Shown here: in pieces, positions 32,272-45,343 of the stretch
Layout: the number at the start of each line of letters is the position of its first letter
Position numbering within the stretch: position 1 is the first letter of the stretch
Origin: Escherichia phage D5505
DNA: 64,000 nucleotides
Sequence record: MK327929.1
Reading direction: 5' to 3' (one strand)
Made by a program: the position numbers and the translations under genes
Notes under the pieces: generated by a model
What the model saw: only the letters and a program-made list of their open reading frames with translations
The model's database searches: none
What the model was told of the DNA's origin: nothing

Positions 32272-32604
32272 TTATTTTACTACTTTCCAATGCTGCATGT
32301 CAAGTTTACCAACTTTTTTCATCTTCTCAATTAAGCGTTCGGCACGTTGGCGAGCTGTAACATAATACCATTCACCTAATTCATTTTGTTCAATTTTTCC
32401 AACGATTACTGTATTCAATTCATAAATCCAACCAGTAAAGAAATTATGAACTTGAATTGTAAAGGTGAAATCTGTTCCCATACCTTCTGTTGTTTCTACT
32501 TCAATAATATCACCTTCAACTGCCATTAAGAACCACATAGTTTCATCATATTTACCATTGAAGCATTTAGTTTTAACTGCAGCGTTCAGATTAATCGTTT
32601 TCAT
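32272..32604 (-). CDS. hypothetical protein
   Basis: 110-aa ORF, ATG with AAGGAG SD. Confidence 0.55.
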   Translation of the reverse strand: MKTINLNAAVKTKCFNGKYDETMWFLMAVEGDIIEVETTEGMGTDFTFTIQVHNFFTGWIYELNTVIVGKIEQNELGEWYYVTARQRAERLIEKMKKVGKLDMQHWKVVK

Positions 32605-32690
32605 TTTATTCTCCTTTGTTTGTGTAAGATAATACTATCACAAAGGAACCATACTGTAAACAACTTTATGCAATCTTTGGAAAATAAAAA

Positions 32691-32710
32691 AGGACTCCCG
32701 AAGGAGTCCT
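32691..32710 (-). terminator. rho-independent terminator (GGACUCC-UUCG-GGAGUCC + U-tract)
   Basis: 7-bp perfect stem, UUCG loop, followed on minus strand by TTTTTTATTTT; just downstream of the small basic-protein ORF. Confidence 0.8.
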
Positions 32711-32714
32711 CAAC

Positions 32715-32891
32715 TTATGCTTTCTGCTTACCAAAACGAGAAGCATCATCTCGAAGAACCGCACGTGCTCGGCGCATGATCTTCTCAACAGTTTGATTGA
32801 TACGAGAGTTCGACCCACGCTTGTAGCCAGCGCGTTTAGAATCACCAACTTTCTTTTCAACTGCTTTCTTTGCTTTAGCTTGTTTTGCCAT
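32715..32891 (-). CDS. small basic protein (58 aa, MAKQAKAKKAVEKK...)
   Basis: Track ORF 32715-32933 (72 aa); internal ATG at 32891 with AGAG-type SD is the more likely start; Lys/Arg-rich; own terminator. Confidence 0.55.
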   Translation of the reverse strand: MAKQAKAKKAVEKKVGDSKRAGYKRGSNSRINQTVEKIMRRARAVLRDDASRFGKQKA

Positions 32892-33289
32892 TATAAATTC
32901 TCTTTTAAATGAAAATGCAGGACTTATTGGCATTGCCTGCGCAAGCCCTCAAGGGGAACATAGGTTTTTGGATATTTAACGACCAGGATAACCATAAACC
33001 CGTCATCATACCTTATAGCTCTTATCTGTTGCACACCGTTAGCTTAAAGGTTCCGGGTTCGATTTCTCGAGGATAAGATATATACTGATGGATATATAGG
33101 CCTTGAGGCGTACTCCCGATTGGCCATCACCTCGGGGTAGCATGCACTTGCCGCTATAAGAATAACATTCAAGAGGTACACCGTAAAACTGCCGGGGTCT
33201 TAAAACTATAATGATTCACAAATCATTAATCAGACAGTTCGACGGCTCCTCGTTTTAACTTCACACTAAGGCAGTGACTCTCCAATAAA

Positions 33290-33538
33290 TTACTTCAGTG
33301 TTACCACAAAGTGACGAACTGCTTTTCGTGCAGCAGAAGCCAGAGGCTTAGCATATTTAAGTTCATCTTTTTCCTGAAGCTCAGCAGCTAATGCAGTTTG
33401 AGCAGGATTCAGATGTTTGAAATAACGCAGGATTTCAAGAGCTTCGGCTTCAACATCAATAGATGCGCCATAGTTTTCGTGACCATTATTCCATGCGTTT
33501 CGTTGCAGTTCAAGAGCGTGTTGTAATTGTTTAATCAT
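33290..33538 (-). CDS. rIII: rIII lysis-inhibition accessory protein
   Basis: 82-aa ORF = T4 RIII length; located between 31 and the 30.x cluster as in T4. Confidence 0.8.
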   Translation of the reverse strand: MIKQLQHALELQRNAWNNGHENYGASIDVEAEALEILRYFKHLNPAQTALAAELQEKDELKYAKPLASAARKAVRHFVVTLK

Positions 33539-33677
33539 TTAAAAATTCTCGTTAGAGATTAAAACTCGGTAGTCACGTTCTTCTGAATTTCATCTTCTTT
33601 CGACAGATCTCTCAGTTGTAGACTACCACATAGAATTGTTCGGTTAACTTATTATTCCGACACCCAATTCATATTAT

Positions 33678-33685
33678 TATTTATA
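33678..33685 (-). promoter_or_regulatory. late promoter TATAAATA (minus strand) upstream of rIII
   Basis: Plus-strand TATTTATA = minus-strand TATAAATA just downstream of gene 31 stop. Confidence 0.45.
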
Positions 33686-34021
33686 TCACTTATAAAGACA
33701 CGGAATAGCTTTATAGTGACAGGTAACGAATTTTTGTTTAATTTCTTTTGGCTGCTTAAGACCCAGAGCTACAAAAGGGTGTGGAACGTTTCGAATTTGA
33801 CCAACTGGAAGAGAAGTCAAATCACCAACTTCACAGAAACCTTCAGGAACATCAGGACCGACAGAGTGAACTACACACAGTTCAGGAACTTCACCTTGAA
33901 CACGTTTACCGATAATAAGTCCTGATTCTGTAACTTCTTCATCACCGGCTTGTGCAGGTTCAGAAACTAAAATAACATATTCACCGACAGCACGAATTGG
34001 TAGCTGTTGTACTTCAGACAT
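33686..34021 (-). CDS. 31: co-chaperonin gp31 (GroES analogue)
   Basis: 111-aa ORF; sequence and length match T4 gp31. Confidence 0.9.
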
Positions 34022-34045
34022 CGTTTTTCCTTTTTGTTAACAGAT

Positions 34046-34078
34046 GAATTAATAATAACAAATAATTCTTAAAGCATT
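34046..34078 (-). promoter_or_regulatory. middle promoter (MotA box TGCTTTA + TATTAT -10) for gene 31
   Basis: AAATGCTTTAA on minus strand ~14 nt upstream of TATTAT. Confidence 0.5.
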
Positions 34079-34386
34079 TATTTACCAATAAATTGGAGCA
34101 AATGCTCAACTTTCATACCATTAACGGAAATCAATTTGTCAATAGAAAAACCTCGCCATGCACCAAGCTCAACATCAAATACTGGAATCATATCAGTAGA
34201 TTCTTTCCGAGTAGATTCAGTCAATTTACCAGTTTGCATGGTTGGCATAAAGTCAGCATCGCGAGTACCTTTCATAACACGAATAGTACCATCAGACTTT
34301 TCAAAAACTACGTTTGAAACACCCATGGACAATTTAGTTTTCAAAATTTCAAGAATTGCTACTTTTTGTTCAGTCGTCAGTTTCAT
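34078..34386 (-). CDS. hypothetical protein (31.1-like)
   Basis: 102-aa ORF. Confidence 0.5.
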   Translation of the reverse strand: MKLTTEQKVAILEILKTKLSMGVSNVVFEKSDGTIRVMKGTRDADFMPTMQTGKLTESTRKESTDMIPVFDVELGAWRGFSIDKLISVNGMKVEHLLQFIGK

Positions 34387-34623
34387 TTATTTACCTATTA
34401 CAGTTTTAATATGAGTTGTTCCACGTTCTTTAAGAGTGGAAAGTAATTTTTGGCATTTTTCTAAATCAGATTTCCAACTATGTGGTCTATCAATACAAAC
34501 CCAGTTTGACTTATAATACTGCTTCCATTTAGAGAAAAAATACTTCTTATACTCTACAGCAAATGAAATGTTCTCGTTGGAATAAGAACTAATTGCTGTG
34601 AGCTGTACCAAACGAAATTTCAT
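34387..34623 (-). CDS. hypothetical protein (31.2-like)
   Basis: 78-aa ORF. Confidence 0.5.
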   Translation of the reverse strand: MKFRLVQLTAISSYSNENISFAVEYKKYFFSKWKQYYKSNWVCIDRPHSWKSDLEKCQKLLSTLKERGTTHIKTVIGK

Positions 34624-35204
34624 TATTCACCACAGAATTCGTTGATATTTTCCCAGTTTAACTTATTTAAGTTTTTCTTAGGAACATTAAACACTTCAAT
34701 ACCTGCATTTCGCAGAATATCATCCCAGCCAGGTTTATTTTTATCGTATGTTTCACAATAAACCAGCTTTTTAATTCCAGATTGAGCTATTGCTTTTGCA
34801 CAATCTGGGCAAGGAGAAAGTGTTACATACATAGTAGCACCTTCAATTGAAGAACCGTTTCGTGCAGCAAACAAAATCGCATTTAGTTCAGCATGAATTT
34901 CATTTTTAGACGACCATTCAGAGTGCGCGCTACGATGTTCTTTCGCCAATACAAAACGATCAGTTGAACCAAACGATACACATTCAGGCTTATGACCTTG
35001 AATGATAGTATGTTTAGGCTTATTCAGCAACCAACCTTGCTCAGCAGCATAATCACAGCAGTTCACACCACCTGCAGGTGAACCATTATATCCAGTAGAA
35101 ATAATACGTCCATTCTTTTCAATTACTGCTCCTACTTTCCAGGAGCAACATTTTGATTCTTGTGATACTAAATATGCAATTTGAAGTACTGTACTCGCTT
35201 TCAT
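34623..35204 (-). CDS. cd: dCMP deaminase
   Basis: 193-aa ORF; zinc deaminase motifs HAE...PCPDCA; T4 Cd length. Confidence 0.9.
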   Translation of the reverse strand: MKASTVLQIAYLVSQESKCCSWKVGAVIEKNGRIISTGYNGSPAGGVNCCDYAAEQGWLLNKPKHTIIQGHKPECVSFGSTDRFVLAKEHRSAHSEWSSKNEIHAELNAILFAARNGSSIEGATMYVTLSPCPDCAKAIAQSGIKKLVYCETYDKNKPGWDDILRNAGIEVFNVPKKNLNKLNWENINEFCGE

Positions 35205-35539
35205 TTCATAATCACCAGATAAGCAGATTTAGCAGTTTCAACACGATAAATTTCGTGACGAAGTTTAGTTATACTTTTAATAACAGAACTAATTATATTC
35301 TGCCCATCTTTAAAGCGGTTTTTCTTATCAATAAAAATTGCGCCAACCATCTTTTTGTGAAGCTCAACCGGATACTTCGTCACAATAATAGCATCATACA
35401 CAGAAGGATGAATACTATTCACCAGAGTATCATTCATTAAAGTTATTCTAATGAACTTTGCTGTTTCAGAGTCAAGCGCTCTATGATCGCCAGTATCATT
35501 TTCAAGACAATTATCAATTATATCAGTTAAATTCATCAT
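35201..35539 (-). CDS. hypothetical protein (cd.x)
   Basis: 112-aa ORF. Confidence 0.5.
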   Translation of the reverse strand: MMNLTDIIDNCLENDTGDHRALDSETAKFIRITLMNDTLVNSIHPSVYDAIIVTKYPVELHKKMVGAIFIDKKNRFKDGQNIISSVIKSITKLRHEIYRVETAKSAYLVIMK

Positions 35540-35772
35540 AGTACGCCATACACCCTTTGTGCTTCAACTAATCCATCAAAATCCAATTTGAGATGTGTTA
35601 TTTGGTCACCATCACCTGGATTCACAATTACTAATACCGAACGAGGAGTTTCGGTAATAACACGAACCGACGTTTCAGGAAATCGTTCAGAAACCTTATT
35701 TACCAATTCTTGAGCAAATAGTTTAACTTTTTCTTGGAATTCTTTAACAGTAATTGGTTTTTCGCTTAGCAT
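35536..35772 (-). CDS. hypothetical protein (cd.x)
   Basis: 78-aa ORF. Confidence 0.5.
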   Translation of the reverse strand: MLSEKPITVKEFQEKVKLFAQELVNKVSERFPETSVRVITETPRSVLVIVNPGDGDQITHLKLDFDGLVEAQRVYGVL

Positions 35773-36293
35773 GTTGATCCTAGCTCCTTACTTTCAACAT
35801 TTTTAACTAATTTGACAGAAACTAATTCAGCATCTTGGGTAATCATTACCGGACCTTCTTCATGCTCTTCAAGATATTCTAGAGCTTTCTTTTTAGCTTC
35901 TTCCTTCGTATCAGTTTGAGCATAGATATAGAACATACAACCAGTAATACCTACTACTTTCCACTTAATTTCTTTATCAGTTTTAATTTCAAATTTACTT
36001 ACAGAATCATCTTTTTGAACTTCTTCGAAAAAAGAATATTCTAACATATAAGCAATTGAAAATAACGGGCTAACTTTATAGGATTCACCCATTACATCAA
36101 CAGCTTTATACCAACAATCATCAATTTCACGTTTAATGCTAATAACATTTTTCGCAGGATCTATTTTTACTTTAAATGAATTTTCCCCAATAAACTGGGC
36201 AATTCGTTTATTAGCCCCGCAAGTTTCATTAAAAATATCTTTATACCCAGTTTTAAAGCGATAAACCTTATCTTCTTCAAACCATTCGCTCAT
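35766..36293 (-). CDS. hypothetical protein (cd.x)
   Basis: 175-aa ORF. Confidence 0.5.
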   Translation of the reverse strand: MSEWFEEDKVYRFKTGYKDIFNETCGANKRIAQFIGENSFKVKIDPAKNVISIKREIDDCWYKAVDVMGESYKVSPLFSIAYMLEYSFFEEVQKDDSVSKFEIKTDKEIKWKVVGITGCMFYIYAQTDTKEEAKKKALEYLEEHEEGPVMITQDAELVSVKLVKNVESKELGSTC

Positions 36294-36314
36294 TTCAATT
36301 TCCTCGTTTGTTTT

Positions 36315-36353
36315 GGTAGAGCTATAATATCACAACTCTACCGTAAAGTAAAC
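36315..36353 (-). promoter_or_regulatory. early promoter with embedded stem-loop (GTTTAC ... GGTAGAG-loop TATTAT-CTCTACC)
   Basis: Same architecture as 32230-32269: -35 GTTTAC and 7-bp inverted repeat flanking the -10. Confidence 0.6.
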
Positions 36354-36354
36354 T

Positions 36355-36630
36355 TTAAATTGCTTTGAATTCTGATGTCTGTGATTCAAAGCGAATATCG
36401 CCTTTGATGACTAGCTCAGCATCAAGACCGAATACGACAATGATATGCGCGGAACCTGGATACAACGTGATGGCAACAGAATCCACCTGGTCTGGAAGCA
36501 AAGTGTTCAATACATGAGTCACTTGAGCATGGATTCGAAGCTCAGCTGCGTTATCAAGTTTTTCAAACATATTATTAGCGATAATTTGGCTAAACACTAC
36601 TTCTACGATTTTAGAGTAAGTCGGAAACAT
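36355..36630 (-). CDS. hypothetical protein
   Basis: 91-aa ORF. Confidence 0.5.
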   Translation of the reverse strand: MFPTYSKIVEVVFSQIIANNMFEKLDNAAELRIHAQVTHVLNTLLPDQVDSVAITLYPGSAHIIVVFGLDAELVIKGDIRFESQTSEFKAI

Positions 36631-36632
36631 AT

Positions 36633-36825
36633 TTACCTCACATAATTTTCTTCAAGCCAATCAATAACATCCAAAGCGTTATCAAAAGTTGCGCCATCTA
36701 CTTTGTCTTCTGTTTCATAATCAAGAACATCTAGGCCTACTCTTCCGTCAACAATAGGCCATAGACAAAATAGATATTTCTTTTCTTTTTCAATTTTATC
36801 ACAAAGACGATAAATCTTTTCTAGG

Positions 36826-36833
<8 letters not shown>
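36633..36833 (-). CDS. hypothetical protein
   Basis: 66-aa ORF. Confidence 0.45.
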
Positions 36834-38241
<1,408 letters not shown>

Positions 38242-38245
<4 letters not shown>

Positions 38246-38472
38246 TTATTTTTCTCAACTAATGATTGAATATAATCATGCAGGTCTTTAGATGCTTTAC
38301 CCCACTTATTTTGATATTCATTTTTGAGATTAGCACGGGATTGAGCTAATAAAACATCATTAGTTGGAGGTAAAGATTCTAACCGCTGAATCTGGCGTCC
38401 ATAAATCATTGCAGCCATCTCGGATTCATAAATCAATCCTTTGAGATGTTCAAATTGATGCCATGAAATCAT
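38242..38472 (-). CDS. hypothetical protein (pseT.x)
   Basis: 76-aa ORF. Confidence 0.5.
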
Positions 38473-38768
38473 TTACATTTATCCTCTTTTAACTCTTGAC
38501 GATAATAACATATCATAGTTTTTTGGTCATGTACATATCGTTTTACATCATTAAGCCAAATACGAAATTCCTGGGAATCTTCAAATGGCATACCGACCCA
38601 AGCTTTACCATCAATAACTTTAACTTGCCAAGATAGTTTAGCTTCATCATATGACTTTATCTGTACAGGCCAATTAGGATGAACTGTTTCTTTCTTTACT
38701 TCTAGAGGCTTTGTCGAACAACCAGCTAGAAGACCGATAGATAATATTACTGCTGATAGTCTAATCAT
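38469..38768 (-). CDS. o-spanin (outer-membrane lipoprotein, PseT.2-like)
   Basis: 99-aa ORF; signal peptide with lipobox LLAG-C; start overlaps i-spanin stop. Confidence 0.7.
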   Translation of the reverse strand: MIRLSAVILSIGLLAGCSTKPLEVKKETVHPNWPVQIKSYDEAKLSWQVKVIDGKAWVGMPFEDSQEFRIWLNDVKRYVHDQKTMICYYRQELKEDKCK

Positions 38769-39118
38769 TTAGAAAGGTCCTGGATGTCTTCTGCGAACTT
38801 GTTGAAGGAGTTGTTGATTTGTTTTTCAACCAATCCTGGCTTACGAGCCACCACATCCGCCTTCTTTGCATCTTTGCGGAGTTTTTCATTTTCACGCTCA
38901 ATAGCAGCAATCGCCTCACGATTTTTATTATTCATCGCATCAATATAATTATACTGAATTCGCAAATTATTTAATGCTAAGGCGTTTTCATTGGCCGTTT
39001 TTGTAATTTCTACAACAGACGTTTCTAATCTTTCAATTTTATTTTTTAAAATTAAAGAAGTTCCGCCTAATGCAATTACAATTAATAGCAAACCTGCTGT
39101 CGTATTACTTAATTGCAT
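38765..39118 (-). CDS. i-spanin (inner-membrane, PseT.3-like)
   Basis: 117-aa ORF; N-terminal TM segment AGLLLIVIALGGTSLIL followed by charged helical region. Confidence 0.7.
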   Translation of the reverse strand: MQLSNTTAGLLLIVIALGGTSLILKNKIERLETSVVEITKTANENALALNNLRIQYNYIDAMNNKNREAIAAIERENEKLRKDAKKADVVARKPGLVEKQINNSFNKFAEDIQDLSK

Positions 39119-39615
39119 AAAGTTTTAATAACCTCTATAATATCGTCTTGAGAAAGACCGTTAATTAAAATATGATGTTCAGCCGGAGATTTAGAAATTT
39201 TAAAGCATGCCTCAACATCTTCTGCCATATCCGATGCGCTACGATTTGGATTACTAATTCCAAGACGATGTTTTCCCGTTAAAGGATTAACGATGATATA
39301 GCATTTACAGTTGTTAATATGAACATTAGGTTGAGTCTGATTAATGAACACATCGCAATCATATTTCGCAAGCTGATTTTCTAAAAAGACTTTCATCTCC
39401 TCAACCGCATCAGGAAGCATATCACGGGCTTGCTCAAGACGACGATTTCGATATTCTTTAATGGTCGTTTTCCGCTTGACTTGCTTAGCTAAATCTTTCT
39501 TAAGATCGGTGATATATCCAACTCGACGATTTCCTTTAAATACAGAAATCCCATCTGTAGTATCACCGTATGCTTCAACGACCATTTCAGTAGTAATAAG
39601 CTGCAAATCCATCAT
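39109..39615 (-). CDS. alc: Alc-like protein (blocks transcription of cytosine-containing DNA)
   Basis: 168-aa ORF immediately downstream of rnlA, as T4 alc (~167 aa). Confidence 0.6.
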   Translation of the reverse strand: MMDLQLITTEMVVEAYGDTTDGISVFKGNRRVGYITDLKKDLAKQVKRKTTIKEYRNRRLEQARDMLPDAVEEMKVFLENQLAKYDCDVFINQTQPNVHINNCKCYIIVNPLTGKHRLGISNPNRSASDMAEDVEACFKISKSPAEHHILINGLSQDDIIEVIKTLCN

Positions 39616-39619
39616 AAAG

Positions 39620-39673
39620 TCCTCATGTTATGTCAGTAAGACTACTATAACACAACACGAGGGACTTGTAAAC
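39620..39673 (-). promoter_or_regulatory. early promoter + RBS cassette, copy 2
   Basis: 54 bp identical to 23696-23749; -35 GTTTAC sits 3 nt after rnlA stop. Confidence 0.7.
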
Positions 39674-39676
39674 AGC

Positions 39677-41264
<1,588 letters not shown>

Positions 41265-41291
41265 AATAAAATGGGCCTTGCGGCCCACTCC

Positions 41292-42470
41292 TTAAAAGTA
41301 TTTTTTAAAACTCATCATAACTTTATCATCAACATCATTATCAATCTGTGCAACAAGATAAGATGACAGTTCTACTTCTTGTGGTGCTGATTGAACATTA
41401 TCAGAATTAAGATATTCACGAATCCAAGGATATGGATGTTTAACCGGAGCATCGGTAATTGGGCATGGAAGACCACACTGTTTCATACGAGATACAGTTA
41501 AGTAATCAATAAAGCTCCACATGCTATTTGTATTTAATCCAGGAACATCGCCATCTTTAAATAAATGAACTGCCCAATCTTTTTCTTGGCGGTTAACTTC
41601 CATGAAAATATCAACTGCTTCTTGCTCGCACTCTTGAGCAATTTTAACCCATTCATCGCCATCAGTACCAGATTGAAGTTGACGAATAATATATTGTGTA
41701 CCTTTAAGATGAAGCTGCTCATCACGTGCAATGAACTTCATAATCTTGGCATTACCTTCCATGATTTCCATGTTTTTATGGAAGTTAAAGGTACACGCAA
41801 AGGATACATAAAAACGAATAGCTTCTAATGCATTAATAACGTGCAAACAGAGGTAAAGAGATTTCATTAGCTCACGCTTCCAATATGTCTCATGCTCAAT
41901 AGCATCTTCAATAACGTCTTCGTCTGCATTAATTTCTTTTTGGTATTCGATATCAGCTTTAGCGTTTTCCCAATAACGAGTTTTAATCAGAACATCATCA
42001 TAATAACGTCCAATGGATTCAGCACGTTTCATAATAGCTTCATCTAATACAATTTCATCAAATACCTTCGATGGATCAGTATAAAGATTTCGCATGATAT
42101 GAGTATATGAACGACTGTGAATAGTTTCACTAAAAGTCCATGTAGCAACCCATGTATCAAGGCTTGGGTCTGAAATTAATGACATAAGTACAGCAGATGG
42201 CGCGCGACCCTGAATGCTATCTAAAAGTGATTGATACTTCAAGTTGTTAGTAAAAATATTTTGCTGATACTGAGGAAGCTTATTAAACTGTGCAGCATCC
42301 ATCATCAAGTTTACTTCTTCAGGACGCCAGAAAAATGATAATTGCTTTTCGGTTAAATCTTCAAAAACTTTATGACGTTGAATATCATAACGCGCAATAC
42401 CAAGACCTGAACCAAAAAACATAGGTTCTTTTAAAACATCAACTGGATTTGTATTAAAAACTGTGCTCAT
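41292..42470 (-). CDS. nrdB: ribonucleotide reductase small subunit NrdB (intronless)
   Basis: Single uninterrupted 392-aa ORF; R2-type protein. Confidence 0.88.
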   Translation of the reverse strand: MSTVFNTNPVDVLKEPMFFGSGLGIARYDIQRHKVFEDLTEKQLSFFWRPEEVNLMMDAAQFNKLPQYQQNIFTNNLKYQSLLDSIQGRAPSAVLMSLISDPSLDTWVATWTFSETIHSRSYTHIMRNLYTDPSKVFDEIVLDEAIMKRAESIGRYYDDVLIKTRYWENAKADIEYQKEINADEDVIEDAIEHETYWKRELMKSLYLCLHVINALEAIRFYVSFACTFNFHKNMEIMEGNAKIMKFIARDEQLHLKGTQYIIRQLQSGTDGDEWVKIAQECEQEAVDIFMEVNRQEKDWAVHLFKDGDVPGLNTNSMWSFIDYLTVSRMKQCGLPCPITDAPVKHPYPWIREYLNSDNVQSAPQEVELSSYLVAQIDNDVDDKVMMSFKKYF

Positions 42471-42521
42471 AAATTTTCCGCTTAGTTAATAGTTGGTGAC
42501 TCGTCCGTGAGTCAAATTATA

Positions 42522-44786
42522 TCATAATTTACAGGATGAACAATCTTCAGCTTTTGGAGTTTCTATTTCATAATCATCAGTACCAGAACCATCGCGGGTA
42601 TTATGATAATAGAAATTTTTTCCGCCAAAATACCAAAAATACAAAAGGTCATCAATCATTATTGACATTGGAACCTTGCCTTTAGGGAAGATTTGGGGGT
42701 CATAGTATGTATTCGCCGAAGCTGATTGACAAACCCATTTCAGCATAATAGCTACCTGCGTAAGATAAGGTTTATTACCTTTCTTAGCTAATTTCCATGT
42801 ATAGTCGTAAAGGTCTATGTTATGCTCAATATTGGGCACGACTTGATTAAAGGAGCCCTCTTTTGATTCTTTAACAGAGACTGGTCCACGTGGAGGCTCG
42901 ATACCGTTTGTACTGTTAGATACCTGACTGGATGATTCGCAAGGCATCAACGCGGATAAAGTAGAATTTCTAATTCCATGCTGTTTGAGTTCAGATCGAA
43001 GTTCGTCCCAATCACAAACGTATTTTGGAGCTGCGATTTGGTCAATCTTTTTATTGTACCAGTCAATAGGTAATTCGCCTCGAGACCAACGAGTGTCTGA
43101 ATAATATTCGCAAGGTCCTTTTTCTTTGGCGAGTTTAATGGATGCTTTAATGAGTCCATACTGTAATCTCTCAAATAGTTCATGTGTTAAATCGTTAGCA
43201 TCTTCATAAGAAGCAAAGTTACTTGCCAGCCAAGCTGCATAGTTAGTAACACCTACACCGAGGTTACGACGCTTTTTAGCTTTTTCTGCTTCAGGAACTG
43301 GATATCCTTGGTAATCCAAAAGATTATCAAGAGCACGAACTTGAACTTCTGCCAATTCATTAATTTTATCTTGGTCTTGCCAGTCAAAATTATCTAGTAC
43401 GAATGCAGAGAGAGTACACAATCCAATTTCAGCATCAGGACTATTCACATCATTTGTTGGAATAGCAATTTCACAACACAAGTTACTCTGACGAATAGGC
43501 GCCTTTTCACGAATAAACGGAGTATAGTTATTCGTATTATCAATGAACTGCACATAAATCCTTGCGGTTCCTGAACGTTCAGTCATGAGCAATTCAAATA
43601 GTTCACGGGCTTTAATACGCTTTTTACGAATATTAGGGTCTTTTTCTGCTGCTTCGTATAATTCACGGAAACGGTTTTGGTCTTTAAAATAAGAATAATA
43701 AAGCTCGCCACCCATTTCATGTGGACTGAACAAAGTAATGTAATCGTTCTTTCCGAATCGTTCCATCATCAAATCATTCAGTTGAACACCATAATCCATA
43801 TGACGAATGCGGTTTTCTTCTACGCCTTTGTTATTTTTCAAAACGAGAAGATTTTCAACTTCCAAATGCCAAATAGGATAATAAGCAGTAGCAGCGCCGC
43901 CACGAATTCCGCCCTGTGAGCATGATTTAACAGCAGTCTGAAAATGTTTCCAAAAAGGAATAACACCAGTATGACGCACTTCACCCATGCCAATCTTAGA
44001 ACCTTCGGCACGAATCATACCAACGTTAATACCAATTCCAGCACGTTTGGAGATATATTCAACAATTGAAGCAGAAGCCTTATTAATAGACTTTAATGAA
44101 TCACCTGCCTCAATAACAACGCATGAACTAAACTGCCGAGTTGGAGTACGGCAACCAGCCATAATAGGAGTTGGTAATGAAATCTGTCGAGTAGATACTG
44201 CTTCATAAAAACGAATAACATGTTTTAATCTATCAACAGGTTCATCTTGATGCAATGCCATTCCAATAGTCATAAATGCAAACTGTGGAGTTTCATAAAT
44301 TTGACCAGTGGTTTTATCTTTAACTAGATATTTTTCTTTTAATTGCATCGCCCCGGAATAAGTAAATTCCATATCCCGTTCGTGCTTAATTTTTGATTCT
44401 AAAAATGTAATTTCTTCTGCTGAATATTTTGACAACAGTTCAGGGTCGTATTTACCTTCATTTACACAGTAAGAAATATGGTCAATAAATGAACGCGGTT
44501 CATACTGCCCATAAACATGCTTACGAAGAGCGAACATTAGACAACGTGCAGCTACATATTGATAATCAGGCTCTTCAACCGAAATAGAATTCGCAGCGGC
44601 CTTAATGACAATAGTCTGAATATCATCAGTTGTCATTCCATCACGGAGATAAGATTTAATATTTTCATATAATTCATAAGGATCTACTGATGTTCCCTCA
44701 GCTGCCCAAGATAAAACTTTAATAATTTTTTGTGGGTCAAAGCTCTGAGAAACACCACTACTTTTGATAACATTAATTAATTGCAT
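42522..44786 (-). CDS. nrdA: ribonucleotide reductase large subunit NrdA
   Basis: 754-aa ORF = T4 NrdA length; class Ia RNR. Confidence 0.92.
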   Translation of the reverse strand: MQLINVIKSSGVSQSFDPQKIIKVLSWAAEGTSVDPYELYENIKSYLRDGMTTDDIQTIVIKAAANSISVEEPDYQYVAARCLMFALRKHVYGQYEPRSFIDHISYCVNEGKYDPELLSKYSAEEITFLESKIKHERDMEFTYSGAMQLKEKYLVKDKTTGQIYETPQFAFMTIGMALHQDEPVDRLKHVIRFYEAVSTRQISLPTPIMAGCRTPTRQFSSCVVIEAGDSLKSINKASASIVEYISKRAGIGINVGMIRAEGSKIGMGEVRHTGVIPFWKHFQTAVKSCSQGGIRGGAATAYYPIWHLEVENLLVLKNNKGVEENRIRHMDYGVQLNDLMMERFGKNDYITLFSPHEMGGELYYSYFKDQNRFRELYEAAEKDPNIRKKRIKARELFELLMTERSGTARIYVQFIDNTNNYTPFIREKAPIRQSNLCCEIAIPTNDVNSPDAEIGLCTLSAFVLDNFDWQDQDKINELAEVQVRALDNLLDYQGYPVPEAEKAKKRRNLGVGVTNYAAWLASNFASYEDANDLTHELFERLQYGLIKASIKLAKEKGPCEYYSDTRWSRGELPIDWYNKKIDQIAAPKYVCDWDELRSELKQHGIRNSTLSALMPCESSSQVSNSTNGIEPPRGPVSVKESKEGSFNQVVPNIEHNIDLYDYTWKLAKKGNKPYLTQVAIMLKWVCQSASANTYYDPQIFPKGKVPMSIMIDDLLYFWYFGGKNFYYHNTRDGSGTDDYEIETPKAEDCSSCKL

Positions 44787-45103
44787 AAGTCCTCAACTTG
44801 AAAATCGTCTTTAAACAATCGGTTAACTATATGAGCTATTATATCACCATGGCACGGCTTTGGTTTACATGTGCATCCTAGCCTCATTCCACGTAAAGGC
44901 TCTAAATGTGCTTTAGTTATTTCTCCGGATTTAATTCGACGTATAAAATCTTTTTTGAATAATTCAATGGCAGCCTCCCGGCTGCCAGCATCTTTACCGA
45001 CGTAATTTCCCCAAAATGTACCACGGTGAATATTCACATCAAAGTCGGATTTGTATTTATTCACTACCCGACATAGACGGCCCGCGCGGTGATAATTCGG
45101 CAT
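44777..45103 (-). CDS. hypothetical Cys-rich protein (nrdA.1-like)
   Basis: 108-aa ORF with CxC...CH motif. Confidence 0.5.
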   Translation of the reverse strand: MPNYHRAGRLCRVVNKYKSDFDVNIHRGTFWGNYVGKDAGSREAAIELFKKDFIRRIKSGEITKAHLEPLRGMRLGCTCKPKPCHGDIIAHIVNRLFKDDFQVEDLCN

Positions 45104-45320
45104 ATTGTTTTTCCGTTAAAACAGTAATATCGTAGTAACAGTCAGAAGAAGTTTTAACTGTGGAAATTTTATTATCAAAATACTCACGAGTCATTTTATG
45201 AGTATAATATTTTTTGCCATAAATGATAATAGGCTGATTTGGTCCTGGAACTTCTAACTCACTTGGGTTAGGAAGTGTAAAAAGAACTACACCAGAAGTA
45301 TCTTTAAATCGTAAAATCAT
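45057..45320 (-). CDS. hypothetical protein (nrdA.2-like)
   Basis: 87-aa ORF. Confidence 0.45.
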   Translation of the reverse strand: MILRFKDTSGVVLFTLPNPSELEVPGPNQPIIIYGKKYYTHKMTREYFDNKISTVKTSSDCYYDITVLTEKQYAELSPRGPSMSGSE

Positions 45321-45343
45321 AAATCCTCACAATTAAATTAAAA

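Noticed and set aside
32715-32933. 72-aa version of the small basic protein (start at 32933)
   Set aside because: The upstream ATG has no SD; the internal ATG at 32891 has one (AAAGAGA) and gives the 58-aa MAKQAKAKK... product. I kept the shorter call.
33040-33080. tRNA-like T-loop motif (GGTTCGATT) in the GC-rich spacer
   Set aside because: Could not build a T-stem, acceptor stem or anticodon arm around it on either strand; most likely a chance match.
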